A DNA stretch of 64,000 bases from Lama guanicoe. Taxonomy: Eukaryota. The stretch lies in contig MU055770.1 in assembly GCA_013239625.1 (NCBI GenBank), positions 4,835,976-4,899,975 of the forward strand, in the 5' to 3' direction. Position 1 is the first letter of the stretch, and every line of letters starts with the position of its first letter. This document shows, one piece after another, positions 36,726 through 49,922 of this stretch. Position numbers and translations under genes: made by a program. The notes under the pieces are model-generated. The model saw only the letters and a list, made by a program, of their open reading frames with translations, was not told the DNA's origin and ran no database searches.

Positions 36726-38364
36726 CCACAAAAACACAATAAAAGCATTGGAATATGCTCAGTGAGTTTATTGTCTCCACTGGCTCCGAAAAAAAGCACC
36801 CCAAGCATTTTTCTTCTTGGCAGAAGCATTATTATTATTTTTAGGAACAGGAAGGTGGTCTTTGGATGCTAGGAAATTGCCACTGGGTGAAACTGCTCAC
36901 CCCTCCTCTCGGGGAGCAGCAGGCGGGCCATCTTTCTTTTGTAAGAGTAGATTATTGTCATTTGAGCCTCTGTAGGGTTTTCAAGGGCAGTCAAATATGT
37001 TGTGGGTAGAGGTGATCCACGCCGTGGGTCCTGTGTCCATTTATATTAGATTGATAGTTGGTCTTTTTTCATTTTTTTTCTTCAGTCTTAGGCATTTGAG
37101 CCTTGGTCAGCTGGAGTCTTTGATTTTCTGTCTCTGCACCTACAGCTGTGACAAGAGCATGCCACTTAGTTTCATCCTATCGCCTTCGTGGCCAGGAAGC
37201 GGTCATGTGGCTCTTGGCAAAACCAGCCCTCCCTGAGGTGACAACAGTGCCAGTTGAGATTAAACACTACTCTGGTAAACACTGAGTCTCATGTCTCATA
37301 AAAGTCAAAGACTTGTTTCCGAAAAAAAAATTCCATCTTAACATCCCGGAATGAAACAGTTCAGTTTTGGGGAGGGCAGGGAAATTCATTTTATTCTCCC
37401 CAGCTAACTAGTTCGTGTGCTTTGCGCTATTCCTTGTGCTTTTTAGCAGCTAAATTGTAAAAAAAGAAAAGAAAAAGAAGACAAAATTCCTCATGTCACA
37501 TGCTTTGTAGACTTTGTGGACTGACTTGGAGCTTATGAGGGTAGAGTTCAGCCAGTCCTCAAAGTTGCTTATGTAACGACCACCCCCACCAAAGAGAAAA
37601 GAGGACAATTTTCTGCTCTTCTCTGCTCTGGTCTGCATAGGTAATTTCATGGCAGGGAGCAGGTCATTGAGCTAATGTGCTAACCTTTGTCACTGATATT
37701 ACTGAGCTAATGCGCCAGACTTTGGGCTGCGAAGAACTCTTGGAGATACCCTGGTTTCCAGCTTAATCAGTGCCAATTGGGAACCTAGGAGTTAAGTGAC
37801 AAGTCCAAGGGCACAGAGTTAGGAATAGCATTAATGAAGCAAGGAATAGTATGGACTTCGGCATTCGTGTTCTTTCTAATCTCATGACAAATCTAAATCA
37901 AGTTGACATCTACATGTTCCAGTGGAAAGTCCAAGAGTGGTATTTCCTCACATGCAGAAGGAATGGCTGGTCTTTGGTAGGACCAGCGCTCACCATCAGA
38001 GAGGCGACAGAATTGGAGAGGTGAGAGGGTGTAGTTAGATAAGGTTCTGTTTTTCCACTCCATCTGGGGAAGATAAGGAAGACAGCTGCTAATAAGAGGG
38101 GTCAGGATGGAGAGGCAGGAGGGTGGACTGGGGGGCCTTAGAGGGATTTGAGAGAGAGTCAACCCTGCCTGTCCTTTTCCCTCTGGAGCTCTTGTTAGAA
38201 GCTAGTGATGATAAATATTTTCTTTTTTTATCTCTTAATTAGTTAAAATATTTCCCACAATTTTTTTTTTGCTTTTAGAGCATTGTTTCGTTCTTCTTAA
38301 TAAGAAAGTTTGAAATTAACATCTTAGTTTAGTCAAGTAAAAAAATAATTACAAGCCTAGTTTT

Positions 38365-38940
38365 TTCATTGAATAAGCATTTAGTGAGAACTCACTACGT
38401 GTCGGGAGCTATCCTTAGCGCTTGGTATTCAAGAAAATTATTTAGCTTCTGCCCTCAAAGGATTTACAATATGATGTACAAACAAGAAAACAGGAAGTTG
38501 CAGGGCAGTGTGATAAATGCATCTCAGTGTTTGACTCAAGCCTTGTGGGAAACACATGAGAGAGGCATCTGTCCTCCGGTAGAGAAATCAGGGAGAGCCT
38601 CCTGAGACTGAAGTTTGAGAAGCAGCTGGCCAGGTGAAGGTGGCAGGGAGGTGAGAACTTATTCCAGATAGATGATGTAACGTGAAGACTAGATGCTGCA
38701 AAATAGTCTCGTGTCGCTGGAGCCAGGCTGCCAGTGTGAGCCTGTGGAGGGGCCGGGGGTGCTGGGAGGGAGCAGCGGGGTGCGGGAAGGCAGAGCTGGT
38801 GAGAGAAGAAACCTTACAGGTAGAAGGGCCAAATCACAAAAGAGTGCTGTGCTGTGCAGGCCAGTTGAATGCTAACCTGGAGCCTGATGGGGGTCTTGGG
38901 TTTAAGTAGAAGAATGATGAAGTTTTTAAGTTCTAGAAGG
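38365..38940 (-). mobile_element. L2 LINE 3' region
   Basis: cattgaataagcatttagtgagaactcactacgtgtcgggagctatcc...cagggcagtgtgataaatgc. Confidence 0.75.
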
Positions 38941-39383
38941 CAGTAGTATTAGATTGGTTCAAATTATATCTACAAATGCTTCTGAAATGTTTCCAGTTTA
39001 AATCATCAAAAGACCAAGAGATCATTTATAATCCTGTTACTCTTCATTAGTGGATTTTTACTGCTTACACAACACAGATATATGGAGTTTAAAAACTACG
39101 TAAGCAGTAACCCCAAATATAAGAAAATGTATGTTATCACAAACAATCTCTCTTGGAGTGTAATATATTGAAACTGTTAGACAAGGTTGCTGAGTTTAAG
39201 CTATGCTGACGCTCAGCAGCCTGAGGAAGACTGCTAACTCTTTTCCCATCAAATTCAGTAAAATTCAGTAAGATTATATTAGAAAACACAACACATGTTT
39301 TTAAGTTGATTAGTGAAGTTCCAGAGAGAATCTGTTTCCCACAGAAATTGGAGGAAAAGTGGCCCACTATGTATCACTGTGTT

Positions 39384-39720
39384 TATTTTTATTTTTACTT
39401 ATTTATCATTTTTTATTGAAGTACAGTCAGTTACAGTGTGTCAGTTTCTGGTGTACAGCACAATGTCCCAGTCATGCATACACATACATATATTTCTTTT
39501 CATATTTTTTATTAAAGGTTATGAACAGATATTAAACATAGTTCCCTGTGCTATACAGAAGAAACTTTTTAAAAAATCTATTTTTATATATAGTGGCTCA
39601 TTTGTAAATCTCAAACTCCCAAAATTATCCTTTCCCACCCCCTTTCCCCAGTAACCATAAGATTGTTACTAAGTCTGTGAGTCTGTTTCTGTTTTGTAGA
39701 TGAGCTCATAGTGTCCTTTC
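39384..39720 (-). mobile_element. Cetartiodactyl/camelid L1 3'UTR, 5'-truncated
   Basis: T-rich head, then ttttattgaagtacagtcagttaca...tttctggtgtacagc...agttccctgtgctatacag...gtctgtgagtctgtttctgttttgta. Confidence 0.9.
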
Positions 39721-41689
39721 ATTCTGTTTAAAAGAAGTAAAATGGAATATTTCTACAGTTTCCTACGGCTTTTGGGGAGTACTTTTCAATATCTGTCTTT
39801 CATAGTAATTCATATGTCCCCATGTTTGTAAAACCATATGTTGCCTCAAAGTTGAATGTAAGTCAGTCCTAGTTGTACTGACTGCAGTTGTACAATCGAA
39901 AGTGTGTTCCCACAGAGAAATAAATACTCTGTAATAGGCGTAGACTTTGCTGAACAAAAGCGTTAAGGTGATGTCATGCCCCTTTAGAACTTTGTGATCC
40001 TTTTGAAATTCTAGGGTCTGTTGTTTTCATTCTGATACTGTCTTTGCCTTTGTCTTGATGCTGTTTCTGATAGTCCTGATTATCTCCTACCTTCGCTCCA
40101 TAAATATCCAGAATCCAATCCTTTTCTTTCTTCTTTATAAGTAAATTAGACTGTTGGCTCTGTTCTATACAAATGTATGCATTCTCATTTCTAATAAATT
40201 TATAGCAAAAAAAATCCCTTTTGTTCTATTAATGCTGTGTGATTTTGCGTAAAAAACAACTCTCTAACCAACCTTTTCCCACATGTGGCAAAGTAGTTGG
40301 ATTTTTTCCTACATCTACTACTTATTGGCTCTTTGACATTGGCACGTTATTAAACTCTGTACCCAGCTTAGCTCATGTGTAGTGTGAGCATAGTAATGGC
40401 TCCTACCTGGTGATGTGACAATTAAAAGAAAATAAATACATGTAAAGCACTTGGAGTTGGGCCTGGCACGAGGTGCCATCCAACTGCCAGCTGCCCCTGC
40501 TGCTCCTCCTCTTCTTCCTCCTGTCACTACTATGAGCAACTGTAGTAGTAATTTAGTTCTCGTAGCGCACTGATTTTACAAAATAACTTGGCTTCGAGTG
40601 GGGGCCAGTGATTATTCTAGCTAAATGATGCCTACTTTATTGAATAAAGAGCTGGAATTAATCTGGGGGACTATTTAGAAATATTAAAGTAAACTTGTTC
40701 TTCTTATGAGCAACACATTTTAATTAAATCAGATCATGCTTCCCGCGGGCTGTTCCACCCACCTCAGCCTGTGGGCCATCTTCCCAGTGGCTTAGCGTTG
40801 GGAACTATGGGAATGGAAAGAAAGAAATGCAAATGTGGCATTACCAGCCCTGCTGAGAATTCCCTCTTAAATTTCCTCTTCCTTCAGCCTTAAATAGCCT
40901 GTTTACCCAAACAAATCTATCTTAACTTCCCAAACAAAAATCCACACAGTATGATCCAGGAACACGAAGGTTTTGGGTGATTCTCCCCTCCCTGGCTGGC
41001 CCAAACACCTTCTTTGCACTTATTAATTCACTATAGAGCATTGTGTTCGCTCTGTTTCAATTCCAGGTGCTCAAATCCAGGCATGTAATTCCTGGAAAAA
41101 AAGTTGTTTTTTTTTTTTATTTATAGATTGACACTGGCCCAAAAGTGGACTTGTTACTCTAAAAAAAATTCCCATTTCTGCCCGAATGGGAATAGTAGTT
41201 CAGTTGTTTCTCTCTCACTTGCCAACTCATCAAATCCAGGCTCTTGAAGTACTTAGAGTTAGCATTTTATAGATTTTACTGCTTTATTTTTTGTGATTTT
41301 TTTCTTCCCTATTCCTTTTAATTTTATTTTGTTTAAACTGGTACCTGAAAAAGGATGAAAAAAACAACGTTCTTCCAGAATTATTTTTGCTTGGGTTTGC
41401 CAACAAGGCACTGTGTCTGTGCATCAGTCTTGAACACTGAAAGCACTTTCAAAAAAAAATGCATAAATTCTTTGTTTCCAAGTTTCACTAATTATTCCTA
41501 GATTTTAAGTGAGGAAATTCTGAAATCACATTTTCAGAGTGAATCTTTCAGTCCTACATGTTTCAGAAGTTCATAGCTAGGTTTGATTCAGTCTGACCTG
41601 ATATCCTTATAAACACAACCTTTCTATTCTTTTTCTTCTAAGCAATTAATAGAAGTTATAATAATATATTTATTATTTTGCTTATTTCA

Positions 41690-42020
41690 TGCCAGCTCCC
41701 CAACTAGATTGTAAGCACCACGAGGAGAGGAACTACGCTTAGTTTGCTAACTGCGCACTCAGGACCTAGAGCCATCCTGTCTAGGATGGTAGCCTAATAT
41801 AAACTAATTTAAATTTAGTAGAATTGAAATTTCAGTTCCTCGGTGGCACTTCAGGTGTTCAGCACTTGAGCTCACCTACTGTACTGAATAGTGATGCATT
41901 CATATTTTTTCATCAGTGCTGGACATTTTATTTGATGGTGTGTATCGAGAGCACCGATAAGCACTTAATGGTTACATAGTTAATGCTTGTGGATGAGTAA
42001 ATGAATGAACAAATGAATGA
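41690..42020 (+). mobile_element. L2 3' tail interrupted by a MER3-like MITE (~41770-41945)
   Basis: caactagattgtaagcaccacgagg...[aattgaaatttcagttcctcggtggcac...]...gtggatgagtaaatgaatgaa. Confidence 0.6.
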
Positions 42021-42559
42021 GTACTGATATTGGCTTGTGCCAATTAAAATTGGATGAATCTTATTTGAGTAACCATTCACCAAGGTCATTTTGGCTTTTA
42101 ATTCTTCAGTGTTAACATATCCCCAGCCAGCTTTAAGATACTGGATTTATCCTTAGTTAAAGGCAAGTAGACAGCAGTGGTTAAAAGCATGTCAGATCTT
42201 CACCAGTGCACTTAAAGTTATGATTTAATTTCTGGAAAAAACAGGTAAAGCATTTTTCATCAATAATGCCTGGTTTAGCTAGAGAGATCACCTCACTTTT
42301 ACACATTATAATGGTGTTTCTTTCCTGGGATTTGAAAATAGCATTTGTTGTTATGAAAACAGCAGGTAGTAAACGTACACTACCAAAATATCAGCTGACT
42401 TTGTGTAAAGTAAATCGCCTTCACTTTTTGTTCTTTCACTCTGGCTGTTATGGGAGTTTTATTTTTAGTATAAACTTGTACTCATATTTCATAGTCACCT
42501 TAACCTCTCAAGTTCATGTTAGAGGTGACTTGAATTTTCCCCCCGAGTTTTTCATTAAC

Positions 42560-44950
42560 AAATATTTGTCACTGTTTAGACAATGAAAATATGTTAGAGA
42601 AAGAAGCAGATTAAGCACATTTATTCCTTCCCCAAAAAATGATAGTGAAGGGATTTTAGCAGAAACTTGGTGAGTCCAAGGGACTCGGGAAAGCCCATGG
42701 ATGATTGCAACTAACCTATAGGTCCTGAGAAACTGACCCCTAAGCTGTTAGGGAGAGACACTGGGGTTCAGTTCAGAACCTCAGAAAGGCCCACAGGTGA
42801 GGGTGAGGCTGAAATCAGGAGGATGCGGCGGTAGTGTGTTTAAGGTGAACTTAGATCCCAGGTGCCTCCTCACGCTCCAGCAAGGCTGGAACTTTATTCC
42901 CTGGAGAGTGTGAAGTGGAGAACTCCTGACTGCAAGATACCAGGGCACAGATGGCGGGTGGAGGATTAAGGGAAGTACTTGCTAAGCAGTGAGGCACCCT
43001 CAGTGCAGTTCTTCCACTCATCTCCACACTGTGGCAGACAGATATGTTTTCTCCGGGTGTGAAATTGGAAGATGCTTCTTTGAAGACTCTAATCTACCTG
43101 TGCAGAAGACCTACAGATACTGATGGCTGAGGATCTCCCAGTGGAACAGCCCAGCCAGGCTGCTCTGCAGTGACGCTATCCTGTTGACAAGCCCCACCCA
43201 TCAACACAGACTTTCTAATCAGCTTTTTAGTCTCCATCTTCAAGGTGAGAAGTGACTAATGATCACCCGACATTTGAAGAGATTCGGAAACCAAAACAAA
43301 CCTGGAGAAAACAAGGAAATTGACAGACATAGAGACAATGAAGGGAGAAGAAAAATTTAAGGCAGTGTCATCAATATTCTCAGAAATATCAGAGAATATA
43401 CTGCAATTAGGAAAGAAGAATAGATGTTAAAAGAAAAGAAACATTTAGGGCATAAAAATGTACTCCTAGAAATCAAAAACTGATAGAAGGCTGAAAAAAT
43501 TAAAATGTATTTAGAAGATAATGTTGAGGAAGCCACTCAAAAACTAGAGCAAAAATAACAGGAAACAGAGAACAGCAAAGAAAAGACAAGAAAATTAGAG
43601 ATTCAATCTATGAAGTCTTATTCTGAATAATAGACTTTTTTAGAAAAAAGAAAAAAAATTTAAATGTAGTGAAGAAACTGTCAAAGAAATACCTCAAGAA
43701 AATTTCCTAGAATTAAAGGACAATAATTTTCAAATTTGAAAATTTGAGTTTCTACTATATTAAATTTAGAAAAAAAACTCCTACACTGATGTATTCATGA
43801 AATTTCAAAGCATCAGGGGAAAAAAACTGAAGACCCCAAAACTCAAGAACTATAGAAAGAAAAAAATTAGGCCCTTACTAAATACTGAGAAACGGAAGAG
43901 CACCCAGCATCTCAGCAACAACCCTGAAGACAGAAGAATGATGCCTTCAAAATTTGAGGGCAAATAGAATTTCCACCATAGAATTTGAAACTAAGACAAA
44001 CTATCGATCATCTGTGAAGGTAGGAAAAAACACGTTTTCAGTCATGTAAATCTTCAAAAATTACCTCTCATTTTCTTTCTCAGGAAGTTCCAGAAGTATG
44101 TACGTTTCCAAGACAAAAAAGTAAAAAAGAGAAAGACTTGAAATCCAGGAAACAACGAAAAGGAAAAGAAAAAGGGAAAGATGAAGGTGATGAAAAGGAT
44201 AACGTTGCGTTTGGGTACCATGAAGAACGCTGTGCAATACACTTAGCAGTCAATTCAGATCGTGACAGGAGCGTATAAAGATCAGGGAGAGATACCTGCA
44301 GGAAGACAGCAAATGATAGAATAGATGGTGTTTAAATGTAGTGAAAGTGTTGCTGAAAAACTGGCCTCTGTACCTGATAGCCGAACTGAGAGCTGGATTG
44401 GAGGCAGAGTTTTGGGAGGAAAGAAGAAAGCAGCTTTATTGCCTTGCCTGGCAAAGGGAGCCACAGCGGGCTCATGCCTTAAAGACAGTGGGCCCCTCTT
44501 GGGGTTGGGGTCTTGAGGTTTTATAGGAAAACTGGATGGAACAGAAAAGATGATAACAACCAGGGCATTTTATAGGGGCTACATTCATTTTAACCTCAGT
44601 TGAATCTTCAGGAGGAACTCCGGAGGGGTCTGTCCGTTCTTCTGAGATTATCAGCCTGTTATCTCCTTCCTGGAGCAGAGCTTCTGGGTTAAAATTATTC
44701 TCAGTAAAGAATGAATCAGCAAACAGTTTTCATATCAAGGAAGTCAGTTGGTTAGTTTGGTTTTTAATCCTTCAAAAGGAGACCACTCCTGGTGGAGAGC
44801 AAAAGGGATGAAATGAATAAAAGTACATAGGAAAACTAAGGGTTGAGGGTAAGATAATTATTAACTCTCAAGAAGGCAAAAGTTTGTACAAAAAAAAGGG
44901 AAAGGTAACCGTCTTATACTCTGAAGCACATTGAATTTTGGTCTAGCAAA
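42560..44950 (+). mobile_element. HAL1 (half-L1) / ancient L1 ORF1-like element, split by a solo LTR
   Basis: A-rich decayed ORF1-like sequence with HAL1-type motifs (caagaaaatttcctagaattaaaggac, aatgatgccttcaaaattt, gttttcagtcatg...aaaaattacctc...tttctcaggaag). Confidence 0.7.
44348..44774 (-). mobile_element. Solo ERV1-class LTR (427 bp) with 4-bp TSD
   Basis: Begins TG at 44348 and ends CA at 44774; AAAG on both sides (44344-44347, 44775-44778); minus-strand AATAAA (tttatt at ~44435) and TATA-like ttttatagg. Confidence 0.85.
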
Positions 44951-46646
44951 ATTTGATGTAAATATCCCTTGGCCTTCTGTGACAGGCGTTCTCATTTTAT
45001 CACCAGCTTTATTCGTCATTACTTTTTCTACCCCTTAAATTATTCTTCAGTAACTCTGAGCTGCTGGTGAACGAAGCGGTCTCTTTCCTAAACGTACAAA
45101 GCTGTGTCTTGTCTTGGCTCTTCACGTGCCTCTTCTGGCTTACCCAGCTCGGGCATCACGACCTGATGGAAGGCTTTTATGAACTGAATGTCCTCCCCTC
45201 CCCAGCAGGAAATGCCTGCCTTGCCTTCTGCCTTTCTACCTGCCATACTGTCCTACAGGTGACCCTTTGGATGTCTGCCTCCCGCACTGCACTGTACGTT
45301 TCTGAAGGTCTTCATCTTGCCGCCTTTGATTCAGTCCTCCTTTGAGGGAGATTCTTCCTCCAGACCCACCCCTAATCTCACTTCCTTTGAACTTTATACT
45401 ATGTTGTCCTTACATACCCTGTAATGTGCTCATTTCCTAAATATGCCTGTTCTTTCTTCTTTCTTAAAATGTCCTTGTAAGATAGGCAGTTTTTCAAGGA
45501 AGGTTCTGTTGGTCCTAGGTCTTCTGTGAGTTGGACGGGGTGCCAGGGATTTATTTTCCTAGTAGAAGGGCCTCCTGACAGTAAGGTTTTTTTTTTTTTT
45601 CAGCCAGATGTAGATAATTCCTGGAATTTCTGGTTCTGTTTTGTTTGTTCTTTGTTCCATCACTTTCTAACAGCAAGATAGGACTGCTTCTATTTCTGAA
45701 GGTAAATGAAAAATGGTATTTTGAAAGGAGTGCATTTTTACCTTTGTCAACAAAATATTCAGCTGTGTTGAATAATACGATTAAGAAGCAGTTGAGAATG
45801 ATTCGAGAGCTTTACGTTATCCGCCTATTGGTGAACTTCCCATAGGCTTGTAACATTATGCATGTTGCACTCAGTGCACTCTGACACCTAACACAGTCCA
45901 AGGAGTATTCCATTAGAGCAAAATTCCTGCCCTGGTGTCACCGTCATGCTGGCATTTGGATCCGTGAATCCGTATCTTGCTAAAACATACCAAACAAATT
46001 AAAATAATGAATAGTCTTTGATAAGATATGATACCTCTTTGTCGTCTTATCAAAAAAATGTTTGAGTAGTATGGCAGACAGGGAGAGAGGAAGTTGAGAT
46101 GAGGACCAGCACCTTTTTATAAAATATCTGAGAAGCGGTTTAGGGGTGATGTAAGCATGTGCATTATAACACATTAGAAAGCCTTAATTAACCTTCATCT
46201 GAACAGAATTGCGTTGCTTTAAAAAAGAAAACCCTGTATCATTTAACAATTAAGGCTTTTTATTTCTCATAACCTTAAGGAGATGTACTTAAGTTTTGGA
46301 AAAGTGGGACGAATTCAGCAGAACGGTTGCTTCAAGGTGACATTTCCCACTTTGTGGGTTGTAACCACTTCCGAAAATTTGTACAATTTGTAAACCTCTT
46401 AAGGACCTGTACTGAAAATGCAGAGAGAATCATCTGCCATAATTTTTTTTTATTGCTTACCGTCCTTTGCTCTAGGTGGTGCAGAAGAAAGTAATCAAGA
46501 GGCAACAGGGAAGTTAAATATTAAAATGTCATAACTCATCCGTGGGCTGGAACTCTTCTCTCTGTACCTGTAAGGTTTTATGATTTCATATTTTTAGAGG
46601 CCATTCAATACATCGTAATGAAATTTGAATTCAAGAGTTTCAATTT

Positions 46647-46860
46647 TATTTTTTTAAACATTTTTTATTGATTTATAATCACTTTACAATGTTGTGTCAA
46701 ATTCCAGTGTAGAGCACAATTTTTCAGTTATACATGAACATATATATATTCATTGTCACATTTTTTTCTCTGTGAGCTACCATAAGATCTTGTGTATATT
46801 CCCCTGTGCTAGACGGGATTTCAAAACTGTAGAATAGATAAACAAGATTATACTGTATAG
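46647..46860 (-). mobile_element. Young L1 3' end with 5' inversion and ~15-bp TSD
   Basis: 46647-46811 is the reverse complement of the L1 tail seen at 18121-18289; 46812-46860 is the upstream L1 segment in the opposite orientation; TSD agagtttc(a/g)attt(t/c)a at 46634-46648 and 46859-46873. Confidence 0.88.
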
Positions 46861-47712
46861 AGTTTCGATTTCATTAAAGAGAATTTTAGAACATAGTTTT
46901 CTGTCTCTCCACCCAGCTGGGTTACGTCAGGCCTTGATAACTCTTTGTTTGCCTTTGTAAAATCTGTTGGCCTGTACTAATTTAGCATGTAGCATTACTA
47001 TGAAAAAAGAACATTTAGAAATAAAAGTATATCATATGAGATCCTGCTTTCCTCAGTGGCTTTTGTTTTGCATTAGTCAATGGCACAAAGTTTAATTTTG
47101 GAAGTCTTCTTCTAAGGTTCGTAGAATATCAGTGAATACTAACCCTCAGGGCTAATTTACAGAAAATAGAAATTTGAAAAAAAATTACTGAGATGGGGGA
47201 TAGAGATGGGTTGGGCAGGTGAGATGATTTCCTCTACTTCTTTTTAAAAAAATGTTCTTCCTTGAATTCCTGCTCAATTGAGAAATGAATCAACAGAAAA
47301 AAAGTTATACTTTAATTCTTACCCTGAAAGAAAATGCCCACAGTGAATGTTCTCCTGCCTCTTCTGAGAATCCGTACGCAACAGCTTTTTGCTTCTGGGA
47401 AGATTTGAACTTCTTAGATAATGTTTGCTTTTTAAAATTCTGATCGTCTTTTGATGGTTGGTAGCCAAGGTTTTTTGTTAAAGGCTGGGATCTCTCTCAT
47501 GCCCTGATTTCACTTCCTTTCTTTCTCCCAGTTTTTTTTTTTTCTTTTTGACAGTATTCTATACCCAGCACACAACGGAAGCTTAACTCAGATCTTGTCT
47601 GAATCACCTGAAATAGGAGTTTTACAGGGCATGAGTCATCAAGAGTTTTTATTTGGTGAATCTGAATTCCTTTTTTTCCCCCTGTCTTTTCGTTTCAATA
47701 TTTAAAAGACCA

Positions 47713-47736
47713 GAATGAATGAATGAATGAATGAAT
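47713..47736. repeat. (GAAT)6 microsatellite
   Basis: Direct reading. Confidence 0.9.
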
Positions 47737-48129
47737 CATCTATCTCCCATATAGCAGAATTCCAGGTAATTTGCGCAGGTTCTCCTTCCTCAAGGATACC
47801 CCCCCAAATTCTCTGAAAGTCTCTCTATTTATTATCTAGACCCGTTTCAAAACCAGACGCCAAGAGATTACATTTTGTAATTCAAGGTTATTTACACCAT
47901 CACGTCTCAATTCTTTTATGGGGAGTATACATTGTGGAAACTGAAATACATCAGCAGTAGTTAATTTCATACCTCAAGGTATGTGAATTAAGTCAAATTA
48001 TTTTAAGTTTCAGAAGACTAATTTATTTTCTTTTTACAAAAAAATATAAATTATTTTATCCCAACTAAGCCAGAAAACAAAATATCTACAGTGGTCAAAA
48101 CAAATGACCAAAAGTTTGGTTAAACACCG

Positions 48130-49215
48130 TTAAGTGTGGGCTGTATTTAGAGACTTCCTCCCCAAGAGGGCTGTGTAGTGGTGATGAGGGGAGCCACTCC
48201 ACGGTGGGGAAACCTAACAGATGCTACCATCAGTGATGATGCCACAGCGTGAATGATGGTTAAGTCATGCTAATAGCATGTATTCTTGATGTGATGCGAT
48301 AGGAATGGTACATATCTCTGTGGTCTTCCTCTCCAAAACCTGTAACTCCATTCTAATCGTGAGAAAAACATCAGACAAACCCCGACTGAGAGACATTCTG
48401 CAGAATGTCACATTGCCGCACTCCTCAGAAGACTGCCTTGGTTGTTGCTGCAGGTGGAATTCTGTCCCCTCGAAAGATATGTTCACTTCCTACCGTCCGG
48501 CACCTGTGAATGTGACCTTGTTTAGATAGGGTCTTTGCAGATAAACCAAGTTAAGATAAGCCCATACAGGATTCAGGTGGACACTAATGCACTGACTGGT
48601 GTCCTGATCAAAAGAAGGAAATTTGGACACAGATGGACACCCAGGGGAGGCCATCTGAAGGCAGGGGCAGAGATTGGAGGGGTACATCTCCAAGCCAAGG
48701 AAAGGCAAAGATTGGCAGCAACCACTAGAAGCTAGAGGGGGCAAGGAAGGAGCCCCCTCCCCAAATGTTCACAGAGAACATACTCCTGCCAACACCTCGA
48801 TCTCCGACTTCTGCCTCCAGAACTGTGAGGAAATAAGTTTCTGTCATTTTAAGCCACTCAGTTTGTGATCATGTATAATGGCAGCCCTTTCGGTCATCAA
48901 AGGCAAGAAAGGTCTGAGAAATGGTCACAGTCTAGGGGAGCCTAATAAGGCACGAAGACGGAATGTAATGCAGTGTTGTGGCTAGGATGCTGGAAAAGAA
49001 AAACATTAGGTAAAAAAAACTAAAGAACTCTGAATAAAGTATTGACTTTAGTTACTAATAAAATATTGATAATGGTTCAGTGATTGTGACAAATACACCA
49101 TATTGATGTCAAATATTAACAATAAGGAAACAGTATACAGGAACTTCCTGTGCTATCTTCACAACTCTTCTGTAAATCTAAAGTGCTTCAGATACAAAAA
49201 AATGTATTACAAAAT
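48130..49215 (+). mobile_element. L1MC3/L1MD-like 3'UTR split by an MLT1 insertion
   Basis: tctctgtggtcttcctctccaaaacc...aaaacatcagacaaacccc, resuming at ggtcatcaaaggcaagaaaggtctgagaaa...tgtaaatctaaa. Confidence 0.8.
48440..48888 (+). mobile_element. MLT1 (MaLR) solo LTR, MLT1C-like
   Basis: cacctgtgaatgtgacctt...gggtctttgcagat...caagccaaggaa...cttctgcctccagaactgtgaggaaataagtttctgtcattttaagccac. Confidence 0.9.
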
Positions 49216-49863
49216 ATTTTAAAAGCCCAGAATTTAGCTGCAGTTTTAATTAGACCTCAAGTGCACAAGATGGCGTGAATGGCAGTCCCTGAAGGGGTGA
49301 CAGTGGTGAGGAGGCACGAGAACCTACTTTAGCTGATCAATTGCATCACAAGAAAAAAGACTGGAGGAAACTGACAGGACTGTTAAATGGTTATGTTTAA
49401 ATGACAAGGTTCTGGGTAATAATTTCCCCTTTGCACTTTTCTGAATTTTGTGCTTTTCTATGTTTCTCAAGTTTTTTAATTTAATGAACTTATACTACTT
49501 TCATAACGAAACACTAAACAAAGTAACATTGCATAATACTGACAATTATGAGGTTGCATGGAATATAAAATTAGGCTACACACTTAGAGGATTCAGGACT
49601 ATATTTAATTTGTTTTCGCTTGCCTAAATTTGCTTATGGTTTTAGCATATTAGTGTTAAATGCCAATTGGATCTTTGTTTATATATCCATCTGTCCTTCA
49701 GCTGAGCTCTTGGAGGGTGGAGATCTTTATATTTCTAGCATCATCCTGGAAGTGACATATATTTTATTGAATGAGTAACTCTAAAACTGAAGCGTCTTGG
49801 TCTTTTTATTGCCTTCAATCTACATACCTTTCTTTTTTTCAGAACATAAGCGTTAAAGTCACG

Positions 49864-49922
49864 ATGAATGGTCACATTTCTAATCATCCCAGTGGTTTCG
49901 GAATGTATCCATCTCAAATGAA
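49864..49922 (+). CDS. EPS8: EPS8 first coding exon (exon 2), coding part: MNGHISNHPSGFGMYPSQM+AA; the exon starts at 49843 with 21 nt of 5'UTR
   Basis: Polypyrimidine tract and AG at 49841-49842; ATG at 49864 with A at -3; donor AA|GTAAGT at 49923. Peptide matches the recalled EPS8 N-terminus MNGHISNHPS(S/G)FGMYPSQMN. Confidence 0.96.

Larger units (their letters stand above)
1..49842 (+). other. EPS8: 3' part of the long EPS8 intron upstream of the first coding exon
   Basis: No credible coding exons and no CpG island; ends at the exon 2 acceptor. EPS8 is known to have a non-coding first exon far upstream. Alternative 5' exons inside this region cannot be excluded. Confidence 0.8.
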
